This document shows positions 7,449 to 15,743 of a stretch of 32,000 bases of DNA, piece by piece. The notes beneath the pieces were generated by a model that ran no database searches, had not been told where the DNA came from, and saw only the letters and a program-made list of their open reading frames with translations. The DNA is from Methylorubrum extorquens (GTDB taxonomy: Bacteria > Pseudomonadota > Alphaproteobacteria > Rhizobiales > Beijerinckiaceae), in contig LT962688.1 in NCBI GenBank assembly GCA_900234795.1, positions 2,490,001 to 2,522,000 of the forward strand, written 5' to 3'. How positions within the stretch are numbered: position 1 is the stretch's first letter; the number at the start of each line of letters is the position of its first letter. A program made the position numbers and the translations under genes.

Positions 7449-7667
7449 TCAGTAATGCGGCGGCGGCGGCTCCGGCGCGCCGCTGGCGCTCCGGAAGGCG
7501 CTGTCCTCGACCTGCTCCTGCAACCGGCCGAGCTGGCGGGTGAGCCGGTCGATCACCTTCCACTGCGCTGTGATGGCCGCGTTCAGATCCTCGATCACGG
7601 CCTCCTGTTCGGTCAGCCGAATCTCGAGGCGTGCAAGGCGATCGGTGTCGGGCGGCAGGTCGCTCAT
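7449..7667 (-). CDS. slyX: SlyX family protein
   Basis: 72-aa coiled-coil protein: LARLEIRLTEQEAVIEDLNAAITAQWKVIDRLTRQLGRLQEQV. Start is the internal ATG at 7667 of ORF 7449..7850. Confidence 0.8.
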   Translation of the reverse strand: MSDLPPDTDRLARLEIRLTEQEAVIEDLNAAITAQWKVIDRLTRQLGRLQEQVEDSAFRSASGAPEPPPPHY

Positions 7668-8089
7668 CGCCCGACCATGCCCGGAGCGGCCGCTTCCTGA
7701 CAACCGGCTGTGATCAACACGTCCCGTTCGCCATCGTATCTGAGCATGAGCGATATGCTCCCCTGGAATGGCTATCGGCTGGGGTCGGAATTCATCCGGT
7801 CTGAAAGCGCGCTGGCGAATTCCGCTTCGTATTGGCGCCGGCGCTTTCATTCGCCGAGAGAAATGTCATGTAAAAATCTTTGTCGGTTACAAGCTAGGAA
7901 GCCGAAAGACATCCTCTGAAATCGAACCTGTTCGACAGGGGCGAGACCAGGACTGGGTTGTCGGTGAGGCGAGGCGGTCCTCGCCACATTCGGGCGCTTG
8001 GTCCGGCGGCTCGCCCGCGAAAATTTCGGAAAAGTCGAGGGATTTTCGGCGTTTTCCCTTCAGAGCTGCAAGGCCAGTGTCGCGCAACG

Positions 8090-8680
8090 ATGACACGCGG
8101 CACCATGATCGAGCGCCCAGCCTCCAACCTCCATACGGTGTTCCTCCCTGCGCTGTGTTGGAGCCGGCGGCAGCCCGATTTCTACGCGGTGACGCAGGAT
8201 CTTTCCCGGACCGGCATCACCTTCCGGTCGGCCTCCGATCCGGCGGTCAATGAGCCGCTCACCTGCAGCATCCGCTATATCGGCCAGGTCGAGGCCCGCG
8301 TCGTCAGCAGCGGCGACAACCAGTTCGTCGTGCGCCTGATGGCGTCCCGGCAGCGGGCGGCCGAGGTCGCCCGCACCATGCTGGCGCTGGCCCGCGAGCA
8401 GGGGCGGACCTTCGAGTCGGCGCGGGCGCATCCGCGGATCAACCCGGCGCGCAAGGACGTGCTCGTGACCCTCGAAGACGGTCGCGTCCTGCCCGGTCGG
8501 CTGATCAACGTCTCGTCGTCCGGCGCGGCGCTCGCGATCGACCACACGCTTTCGCGCGGGGCGAGCATCACGATCGGCGACACGGCGGCGAAGGTGGTGC
8601 GCATCTTCCGCGACGGCATCGGCGCCACCTTCGCCTTTCCTCTCGATCCCGGGCAGGTCCATGCCGGGATCCGGCTCTGA
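8090..8680 (+). CDS. PilZ domain protein (degenerate N-terminal PilZ-like half plus canonical C-terminal PilZ)
   Basis: The C-terminal half has RAHPR (RxxxR) followed by LINVSSSGAALAI (N-x-S-x-x-G). The N-terminal half has QDLSRTGITF but no RxxxR. Start taken at ATG 8090; 8105 is also possible. Confidence 0.8.
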   Translation: MTRGTMIERPASNLHTVFLPALCWSRRQPDFYAVTQDLSRTGITFRSASDPAVNEPLTCSIRYIGQVEARVVSSGDNQFVVRLMASRQRAAEVARTMLALAREQGRTFESARAHPRINPARKDVLVTLEDGRVLPGRLINVSSSGAALAIDHTLSRGASITIGDTAAKVVRIFRDGIGATFAFPLDPGQVHAGIRL

Positions 8681-10313
8681 CGGTGCGGCCCTTCCCCTCG
8701 CATCCCGCCCTCGCATCCCGGCCGCGGAAGGACTAAGTCCCGGGCGTGCCCTGCCCGATGCCGCGGCCGAAAGCCTGCCCGTGACCGACTACATCAAGAA
8801 GATCCTCTCCGCCCGCGTCTACGACGTGGCGATCGAGAGCCCCCTCGATCCGATGCCCCGCCTGACGAAGCGGCTCGGCCGTCCCGTGCTGCTCAAGCGC
8901 GAGGATCTGCAGCCGGTCTTCTCGTTCAAGCTGCGCGGCGCCTACAACAAGATGGCCTCGCTGCCCCAAGAGCGGCTCGAGAGCGGCGTGATCTGCGCCT
9001 CGGCCGGCAACCACGCGCAAGGCGTGGCCCTGGCGGCGGCCAAGCTCGGCGTGCGGGCAGTGATCGTGATGCCGCGCACGACCCCGGCGATCAAGGTCGA
9101 TGCCTGCCGAGCCCGCGGTGCCGAGGTCGTGCTGCACGGCGACGCCTTCGACGAGGCTCTGGCGGAGGCTCGGCGCCTCGAAGCGCAGTGGGGCCTGACC
9201 TTCCTGCACCCGTTCGACGATCCCGAGGTGATCGCCGGACAGGGCACGATCGGCATGGAGATCCTGCATCAGCATACCGGACCGATCGAGGCGATCTTCG
9301 TGCCGATCGGTGGCGGTGGCTTGGCCGCCGGCATCGCCACCTTCGTGAAATATCTGCGCCCCGAGACCAAGGTGATCGGCGTCGAGCCGGACGACGCCGC
9401 CACCATGTCCGAGGCGCTCCGGGCCGGCGACCGGGTGATGCTGCCGAGCGTCGGGCTGTTCGCCGACGGCGTCGCGGTGCGGCAGGCCGGCGAGGAGACC
9501 TTCCGGCTCTGCCGCGAGCATCTCGACGCGGTCATCACCGTCGATACCGATGCGATGTGCGCCGCCGTCAAGGACATCTTCGATGATACCCGCGCGATCT
9601 CCGAGCCGTCGGGCGCACTGAGTCTGGCCGGGGCGAAGGCTTGGTCGGCGATGAATCCCGGTGCCGGGCCGCTGGTGGCGATCTCGTCAGGCGCCAACCT
9701 CAACTTCGACCGCCTGCGCCACATCGCTGAGCGGGCGGAGATCGGCGAGCAACGCGAGGTGCTGCTCGGCGTCACCATCCCCGAACGGCCCGGCGCCTAC
9801 CGTGCCTTCATCGGCGCGCTCGGTCCCCGCGCGATCACCGAATTCAACTACCGCTACGCGCAGGGCAGCGACGCGCGCATTTTCGTCGGCATCAACCTGC
9901 CCGGCGGCAAGCCCGAGAAGCGCGACCTGATCGCCGCCCTGGAGAGCGCCGGCTACCGCGTCGCCGATATGAGCGACAACGAGATGGCCAAGGTGCATGT
10001 CCGCTACATGGTGGGCGGCCGCGCGGCGGGGCTCGCCGATGAGCGGCTCTACCGCTTCCAGTTCCCCGAGCGGCCCGGCGCGCTGATGAAGTTCCTCGAA
10101 GCACTCGGCGACGGCTTCAACATCAGCCTGTTCCACTACCGCAATCACGGCGCAGATTACGGCCGCGTGCTCGCGGGGATCGAGGTGCCGACAGCGGAGC
10201 GCGCCCGCTTCGACGCCGCCCTCGAAGCGCTCGCCTATCCCTATGTCGACGAGACCGACAACCCGGCCTACCGGCTGTTCCTCGACAACGGCATCGGAGC
10301 AGCCGACCACTGA
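8661..10313 (+). CDS. ilvA: biosynthetic threonine ammonia-lyase (threonine dehydratase) IlvA
   Basis: Collinear with E. coli IlvA as I recall it: PLP-lysine block PVFSFKLRGAYNKM, SAGNHAQGVA, GGGGLAAG, and regulatory domain EMAKVHVRYMVGG...ISLFHYRNHGADYGRVLAG. ATG 8661 overlaps the PilZ gene by 20 nt and adds a ~25-residue N-terminal extension. An in-frame GTG at 8781 is an alternative start. Confidence 0.9.
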   Translation: MPGSGSDGAALPLASRPRIPAAEGLSPGRALPDAAAESLPVTDYIKKILSARVYDVAIESPLDPMPRLTKRLGRPVLLKREDLQPVFSFKLRGAYNKMASLPQERLESGVICASAGNHAQGVALAAAKLGVRAVIVMPRTTPAIKVDACRARGAEVVLHGDAFDEALAEARRLEAQWGLTFLHPFDDPEVIAGQGTIGMEILHQHTGPIEAIFVPIGGGGLAAGIATFVKYLRPETKVIGVEPDDAATMSEALRAGDRVMLPSVGLFADGVAVRQAGEETFRLCREHLDAVITVDTDAMCAAVKDIFDDTRAISEPSGALSLAGAKAWSAMNPGAGPLVAISSGANLNFDRLRHIAERAEIGEQREVLLGVTIPERPGAYRAFIGALGPRAITEFNYRYAQGSDARIFVGINLPGGKPEKRDLIAALESAGYRVADMSDNEMAKVHVRYMVGGRAAGLADERLYRFQFPERPGALMKFLEALGDGFNISLFHYRNHGADYGRVLAGIEVPTAERARFDAALEALAYPYVDETDNPAYRLFLDNGIGAADH

Positions 10314-10383
10314 CGCACCGTCGCGCCCGGCCCGCGTCCGTCACGCGGGCCTCTGCCGGTCCTCCGGCGCGGACCGGATCGCG

Positions 10384-10656
10384 TCACGCCGTGGCGTGAG
10401 CGGGCTGGCTGCGGAACAGGGCGGTGCAGCCGGCATCCCGATGCATGCTCAGGATCGAGGCACGGTCGATCTCGGGATGCTCGGCGAGAACGCGGCGCAC
10501 ATCCTCCACGACCTTGTCGTAGCGGTGGGCGTCGAAATTCTTCTCGAGCGGACTGACGGCGATATAGGCCTCGACCACGAGCACCCGTTCGGTGCGCTCC
10601 TTGGTGACATCGACGGCGATCCAGGCCGATTTGACCAAGCGGTTGGCGGCGAGCAT
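10384..10656 (-). CDS. hypothetical protein (90 aa)
   Basis: Internal ATG at 10656 is preceded by GGAGGG. Sequence MLAANRLVKSAWIAVDVTKERTERVLVVEAYIAVSPLEKNFDAHRYDKVVEDVRRVLAEHPEI has globular, non-artefactual composition. Family not recognised. Confidence 0.6.
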   Translation of the reverse strand: MLAANRLVKSAWIAVDVTKERTERVLVVEAYIAVSPLEKNFDAHRYDKVVEDVRRVLAEHPEIDRASILSMHRDAGCTALFRSQPAHATA

Positions 10657-10966
10657 GGGACGACCCTCCGATGCCGCCGCGTTGTCCGGCGGCTTTCGAC
10701 GGCGAGCATGTACCGCGCCGAAGACATTGCCAAGGGATTCCCAGGTCGAGCGCAGCCTCAATCCTCACGGATCTTGCGCAAACTCTCTCGCAACCGATGC
10801 AAGAACTAGCCCGGTCTGCTGCCGGCGCCGACATGAGCATCGCACGCCGACCTTGGTTGCGAAGCGACCGCAAGGCGGTGGCGTGATCGTGCGCCGGGGG
10901 CCTCGTGCGAGGGAATCGAGCGCGTGCCCGATGGCCCCGGCGATGCCCCCGACCTCTCCCGTCACA

Positions 10967-11194
10967 TCACGTGTCGGAGACGAGCCGCAGGCCCCCGTAT
11001 CCGTTCGGGCGGGACGGGGGCGCGTAGCTTCCCGTGCCGTCCTCGGCGTCGGCCGTGGCCGATCCCTTCTTGCGCCCCTTCATCAGCGTCGGGCGTGCGA
11101 TCCACCGCACCACCTTGTCGCCGTTGTATCGCCCGGTCCGCCGCTCGTCCCTGCGCAAGACCCAGCGCGGATGAACCGCCCCATTCCTCACCAT
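10967..11194 (-). CDS. small basic hypothetical protein (75 aa)
   Basis: ATG at 11194 is preceded by GAGGGGGA. By my codon reading third positions are almost all G/C, whereas the overlapping 10962..11312 frame is not. MVRNGAVHPRWVLRRDERRTGRYNGDKVVRWIARPTLMKGRKKG... An upstream GTG at 11245 is possible. Confidence 0.5.
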   Translation of the reverse strand: MVRNGAVHPRWVLRRDERRTGRYNGDKVVRWIARPTLMKGRKKGSATADAEDGTGSYAPPSRPNGYGGLRLVSDT

Positions 11195-11519
11195 GACCCG
11201 TCCCCCTCGGGGGGCGCCGCGCCGCAGCCGGCGCCCCCTTGGCACGCCCCGGTCTCACTGCGGCCTGGGCCCCCTCGGGTCGTAGCAGGCAATGATTTCG
11301 GGACAATTGCATCCTCCAAATTAGGGATATCCGGCATCATTTGCACTTAAGTAGTCTCGGGCATCCTCAAAGATATTTTTAAGCCTCACAGCGCATGACG
11401 CACCTTCCGTCACCGCATCCAGCCGGCCGTGCATTCAACGCAACAATCGACGCAACATGCCGGCAAACCGCCAAGGCTAGCCCGCTTCTTGCGAAATGTG
11501 AGATTCCACGAGGGGAAAG

Positions 11520-11744
11520 ATGCCGAAGATCGTCGCCGCCGCCCGTGTCGCCTCGATCGTCCTGATCCTGTCCTGCCTTGTTCCAGGCTTGCCGGCGCGC
11601 GGCGCCGTACCGGAGGTGCGCTCCGCGGAGTTCGGTGCCGTCGGTGGGCGCGGCCGTGTTCTGCGCACGACGCGCGCGCCGGATGCGCTACGGGCCTTGT
11701 GCCCTCCGCGCTGGCCCGACATCGATCTCACCTGCACGGCGTGA
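11520..11744 (+). CDS. small secreted Cys-containing protein (74 aa)
   Basis: RBS GAGGGGAAAG abuts the ATG. Signal-peptide-like AAARVASIVLILSCLVPGLPARG. High third-position G+C. No family recognised. Confidence 0.6.
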   Translation: MPKIVAAARVASIVLILSCLVPGLPARGAVPEVRSAEFGAVGGRGRVLRTTRAPDALRALCPPRWPDIDLTCTA

Positions 11745-11751
11745 TGCGGCC

Positions 11752-11838
11752 ATGACCCTGTTCATGATCCTGCTCGCCTGCAACCTTGCCCTCGGGCTGG
11801 TCTTCTCACTGATCGCCGCATCGGTGGAGCGAGCCTGA
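11752..11838 (+). CDS. possible 28-aa hydrophobic micro-protein
   Basis: The ATG lies 8 nt after the previous stop. MTLFMILLACNLALGLVFSLIAASVERA is one TM helix, and codon third positions are G/C-rich. Below the ORF-track cutoff, so support is weak. Confidence 0.35.
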   Translation: MTLFMILLACNLALGLVFSLIAASVERA

Positions 11839-11916
11839 TGGCTGGCGCCGGGGCTTCGAGCGGCGCGCTCGACCGGCGCGCTTGACCTCGGTGCCGGCTT
11901 GCGCGCACGAGGTCTT

Positions 11917-12261
11917 ATGCTGACGCTTGTTCGCCTGATGGCATGGGTCGTGGCCATCGGCCTCGTCGCCGTGACGCTTTCGCCGCTCGAGGCACGTCCG
12001 GTCCTGGCGCCCCCGACCCTGGAGCGGGCCGGGGCCTACGCGCTGTTCGGCTTCCTGCTCGTGCTCTCGTATCCGCGGCGTTGGGGATGGGCGCTCCTCG
12101 TGGCCGTTGCGCTGGCCGGGGGGCTCGAGGCGGCACAGGGCCTGACCGTGAGCCGGCATGGCCGACTCATCGATTTTCTGGTGAAAGGCGGCGCGGCTCT
12201 GGCCGGAGGGCTCGCCGCGCAGGGGATGCATCTCCTGCTCACCCGCCGCGCGGTGCGTTAG
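11917..12261 (+). CDS. VanZ-like family membrane protein
   Basis: RBS ACGAGG lies 4 nt upstream of ATG 11917. About 114 aa with 3-4 TM helices and RHGRLIDFLVKGGAALAGG near the C-terminus, typical of VanZ-like proteins. Confidence 0.7.
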   Translation: MLTLVRLMAWVVAIGLVAVTLSPLEARPVLAPPTLERAGAYALFGFLLVLSYPRRWGWALLVAVALAGGLEAAQGLTVSRHGRLIDFLVKGGAALAGGLAAQGMHLLLTRRAVR

Positions 12262-12316
12262 GCCATCCGCCGGCTCTCGGGACGAGTCTCTCGAGACCGA
12301 CGAGCTGACGGTCGGA

Positions 12317-13633
12317 TCAGTCGTAGCGGGCCAGGGCGCCGACGCCGACATGGCGCAGACCTTGGCGGCGGGCCTCTTCCGGCGCGTAGACGTTGCGCAG
12401 ATCGACGAGGACGGGGGCGCGCATCAGACCTTTGAGCCGGGCGAGATCGAGCGCCCGGAACGCGTTCCATTCCGTCACAATCACCAGAGCGTCGGCCCCT
12501 TCCGCGCAGGCATAGGCGTCCTCGGCGTAAGCGACGGCCTGCAGCAGCGGCCGCGCCTGCTCCATCCCCTCCGGATCGTAGGCCACGATCTGTGCCCCCG
12601 CATCCTGCAAGCCGGCGATGATCGACAGCGAGGGCGCGTCGCGCATGTCGTCGGTGTTCGGCTTGAACGTCAGCCCGAGCAAAGCCACCCGCTTGCCCCG
12701 CACTGACCCGCCGCAGGCAGCGATCACCTTGCGCGCCATCGCGCGCTTCCTCTGGTCGTTGACCGCCACTACCGTCTCGACGATCCGAACCGGCGTGCCG
12801 TAATCCTGCGCCGTCTTCACCAGCGCCAGCGTGTCCTTCGGGAAGCATGAGCCGCCATAGCCCGGCCCCGCATGCAGGAACTTACCCCCGATGCGGTTGT
12901 CGAGCCCGATGCCGCGGGCGACCTCCTGCACGTTGGCCCCGACCTGTTCGCACAGATCCGCGATCTCGTTGATGAAGGTGATCTTGGTCGCCAGGAACGC
13001 GTTGGCGGCATACTTGGTCAGCTCGGCCGTGCGCCGTCCGGTGAACAGGATCGGCGCCTGGTTGAGGTAGAGCGGTCGGTAGACCTCCTGCATCACGGCG
13101 GCGGCGCGGTTGTCCTCGGCGCCGATGACGATGCGGTCCGGCCGCTTGAAATCGCCGATGGCGGCGCCCTCGCGCAGGAATTCGGGGTTCGAGGCGATGC
13201 CGACATCGATGTCGGGGCGGGCCTCGCGAATGATGCGCTCGACCTCGTCACCGGTGCCGACGGGCACGGTCGATTTGGTGACGACCACGGTGTAGCCGGT
13301 GAGCGCCTCGGCGATCTCGCGAGCTGCGGCATAGACGTAGGAGAGGTCGGCAAAGCCGTCGCCGCGGCGAGACGGGGTGCCGACCGCGATGAACACGGCT
13401 TGCGCCTGCGCCACGGCGGGCTTGAGGTCGGTGGAGAAGGAGAGGCGTTTGGCCCGCACGTTCTCGGCGACGAGGGCGTCGAGGCCGGGCTCGTAGATCG
13501 GCATGCGGCCCTCGTTGAGGGCGGCGATCTTGCCGGGATCCTTGTCGATGCAGACGACCTCGTGGCCGAAATCGGCGAGGCAGGCGCCCGACACGAGGCC
13601 CACATAGCCCGAGCCAATCATCGCGATGCGCAT
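12317..13633 (-). CDS. ugd: UDP-glucose 6-dehydrogenase
   Basis: 438 aa. MRIAMIGSGYVGLVSGACLADFGHEV (Rossmann GxGxxG) and catalytic-Cys block GPGYGGSCFPKDT. Confidence 0.95.
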   Translation of the reverse strand: MRIAMIGSGYVGLVSGACLADFGHEVVCIDKDPGKIAALNEGRMPIYEPGLDALVAENVRAKRLSFSTDLKPAVAQAQAVFIAVGTPSRRGDGFADLSYVYAAAREIAEALTGYTVVVTKSTVPVGTGDEVERIIREARPDIDVGIASNPEFLREGAAIGDFKRPDRIVIGAEDNRAAAVMQEVYRPLYLNQAPILFTGRRTAELTKYAANAFLATKITFINEIADLCEQVGANVQEVARGIGLDNRIGGKFLHAGPGYGGSCFPKDTLALVKTAQDYGTPVRIVETVVAVNDQRKRAMARKVIAACGGSVRGKRVALLGLTFKPNTDDMRDAPSLSIIAGLQDAGAQIVAYDPEGMEQARPLLQAVAYAEDAYACAEGADALVIVTEWNAFRALDLARLKGLMRAPVLVDLRNVYAPEEARRQGLRHVGVGALARYD

Positions 13634-13865
13634 CGGTGGTCCGTCTCCCTGAAGTGGCGGACCCTGATCCTCAAGAACCGTCGAGGAGACCGCCCGTCAC
13701 GAGGGTCGGCATATTTTCCGATGCGGGCAATTCGCTCAGCGTGGCCGGCGCGGGCGCATCCGGGGGAAGGCGAAGTCCCGAAAGGCTGTGATCCGTTTTC
13801 GGGAACGAGGATCGGGCGACGCGCCGTCCAGGGCCTCTACTCCGAGGTGCTGGCCCGCAAGGGCT

Positions 13866-14879
13866 CTATTGGTCCCCGTAATAGTCGAGATACCACCTCA
13901 CGAAGGCGGGGATGCCGGTCTCCAGCGGCGTCTCGGGCAACCGGCCGACGAGGTCGCGCAGCAGGTCGGGGCTCGCATGGGTCCGGATCACGTCGCCGGG
14001 CGGGAGCGGCTTCAGCACCCGCTCGGCCTTGCGCCCCAGGGCCGCCTCCAGGGCGCCGATCATGGCATCGAGCCGGACCGGGCGGCCGCCGCCGATATTG
14101 ACCAGACGATAGGGCGCGACCGTGCTCAGCGTGTCGGCCGCCGAGATAGGGCCGCCCTCGGACGGCATCGGCGGCGGGCGCTCCGACAGCGCGACGATCG
14201 CGTCGATGAGATCGTCGATGAAGGTGAAATCGCGCTCCGCCGCGCCCTCGCCGAACACCTCGATCGGTTCGCCCGCCAGGATCTTCCGGGTGAACAGGAA
14301 CAGAGCCATGTCGGGCCGCCCCCACGGTCCGTAGACCGTGAAGAAGCGGAACGCCGTCGTCGGTATGCGGAACAGGTGGGCGTAGGAATGCGCCATCGCC
14401 TCGTTGGCGAGCTTCGAGGCGGCGTAGAGGGTAAGCGGCGAGACCGCACGGTCGGTCTCGCGGAACGGGACGCTCGCGTTGCCGCCATAGGCCGAACTGG
14501 TCGAGGCGACGAGCAGGTGCTTGACGGGGTGGGCGCGCACCGCCTCCAGCAGGTTGGCGAAGCCGACGAGGTTCGCCTCGACATAGGCGCCGGGGTCGAT
14601 CAGGCTGTAGCGAACGCCCGCCTGCGCCGCGAGATGGAAGACGAGGTCCGGCTTGACCCGCGCCATCACGTCGAGGAGCGCGCCGGGCGTCTCGAGCCGC
14701 GCCTCCACCGCCTCGAAGCCGGGAGATTGGGCGAGATCCGCGTGCCGGGCGCGCTTCAGCCCGACATCGTAATAGGGCGAGAGGCCGTCGAACCCCGTCA
14801 CGCCGAAGCCCGCCGCCAGCAGGCGGCGACTCAGCGCGTGGCCGATGAAGCCGGCCGAGCCCGTGACGAGAGCATGCAT
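13866..14879 (-). CDS. NAD-dependent epimerase/dehydratase, UDP-glucuronate 4-epimerase-like
   Basis: MHALVTGSAGFIGHAL (GxxGxxG), SDR catalytic YAASKLANE (YxxxK), and FRFFTVYGPWGRPDMA typical of UDP-glucuronate 4-epimerases. Start is the internal ATG at 14879. Confidence 0.88.
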   Translation of the reverse strand: MHALVTGSAGFIGHALSRRLLAAGFGVTGFDGLSPYYDVGLKRARHADLAQSPGFEAVEARLETPGALLDVMARVKPDLVFHLAAQAGVRYSLIDPGAYVEANLVGFANLLEAVRAHPVKHLLVASTSSAYGGNASVPFRETDRAVSPLTLYAASKLANEAMAHSYAHLFRIPTTAFRFFTVYGPWGRPDMALFLFTRKILAGEPIEVFGEGAAERDFTFIDDLIDAIVALSERPPPMPSEGGPISAADTLSTVAPYRLVNIGGGRPVRLDAMIGALEAALGRKAERVLKPLPPGDVIRTHASPDLLRDLVGRLPETPLETGIPAFVRWYLDYYGDQ

Positions 14880-15434
14880 GTGAGGCCCGGTGCGCCGTCT
14901 TCCAGAGGATCCGTGTCGCTCACTCAACTCCCGCTGCGCCGCCGTGCCAAGAGCCTTGCCAAGAGGAGAGGCGATCGGAGCGGCGATCGGCGGCCGGGAT
15001 TTTCATGAGGCACGCCGAAACGGGATAGCGTCGGCCCGCCCGCGTCGCAAGGAACGCAGTCAGCCGTCAGGAGGTGGGTCGCCGGGCTGATCGGGAACGT
15101 TGTGTCTCAACTTCGATTATCGTTTTCACAGGGTTTTTCAGGCAGGTGTCCGCCCGCCTTTCGCCCGGTGAACGAGCTAACCCTGCTTCCAGCGCGCAGC
15201 TGTCGCGCCGGCTCAGGGGTTGTTTGTCGGGGAATCAGGTATACTTACACCAGACTATCAGCCGACCTTCGTCTTGCGCCCGCTCGCGACGCCGGTCCCG
15301 CGTTCTGCCGGGACTGACCGTCGTCGTACGGATCGCGTGAGACGCGCGGGTCGGCCGAAACATCCGTCCAGGCCCAGGGCGCTGTGCCGCCCCTCGCTTG
15401 GGTCCAGCGAGTCCGAACACCGAGTGTCCGCACG

Positions 15435-15668
15435 ATGAACCAACTTTTCCGCCTGCCGCAAGTCGGTGAGGCCGATGCGATTGCCGAACCGTCCGCCGAT
15501 CTTCGTGTCCCCTTCGCGCAATCCGGCACTTTCGTCTGCAAGTTCATCATCGGTGAGCCGAGCGACCAGGCCGTGTGCTGCGGGGCTCCGGTCGCCGATG
15601 GCAAGAGCTGGTGCGCCTATCACCGCCGCATCGTATTCGAGCCGGCTCGTCCCGGCCGCGCTCGCTGA
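15435..15668 (+). CDS. GcrA-family C-terminal-domain-only protein (77 aa)
   Basis: FVCKFIIGEPSDQAVCCGAPVADGKSWCAYHRRIVFEP matches the conserved GcrA C-terminal pattern (CKWPxGDP...FCG...YCxxH...Y). No N-terminal GcrA DNA-binding domain is present in this or the upstream frame. Confidence 0.65.
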   Translation: MNQLFRLPQVGEADAIAEPSADLRVPFAQSGTFVCKFIIGEPSDQAVCCGAPVADGKSWCAYHRRIVFEPARPGRAR

Positions 15669-15743
15669 ACGCCTCTCAGGTCCCCGGTCTCTGACGGCCC
15701 CGCCTCTGTCGAAAGGCGGAGTCGATCTCCTATGCCGCGCCGA

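Noticed and set aside
10962-11312. 116-aa minus-strand ORF starting MQLSRNHC with GGAGG next to the ATG
   Set aside because: The Shine-Dalgarno-like GGAGG directly abuts the ATG with no spacer. The frame loses G/C third-position bias where it overlaps the better-supported 10967-11194 frame.
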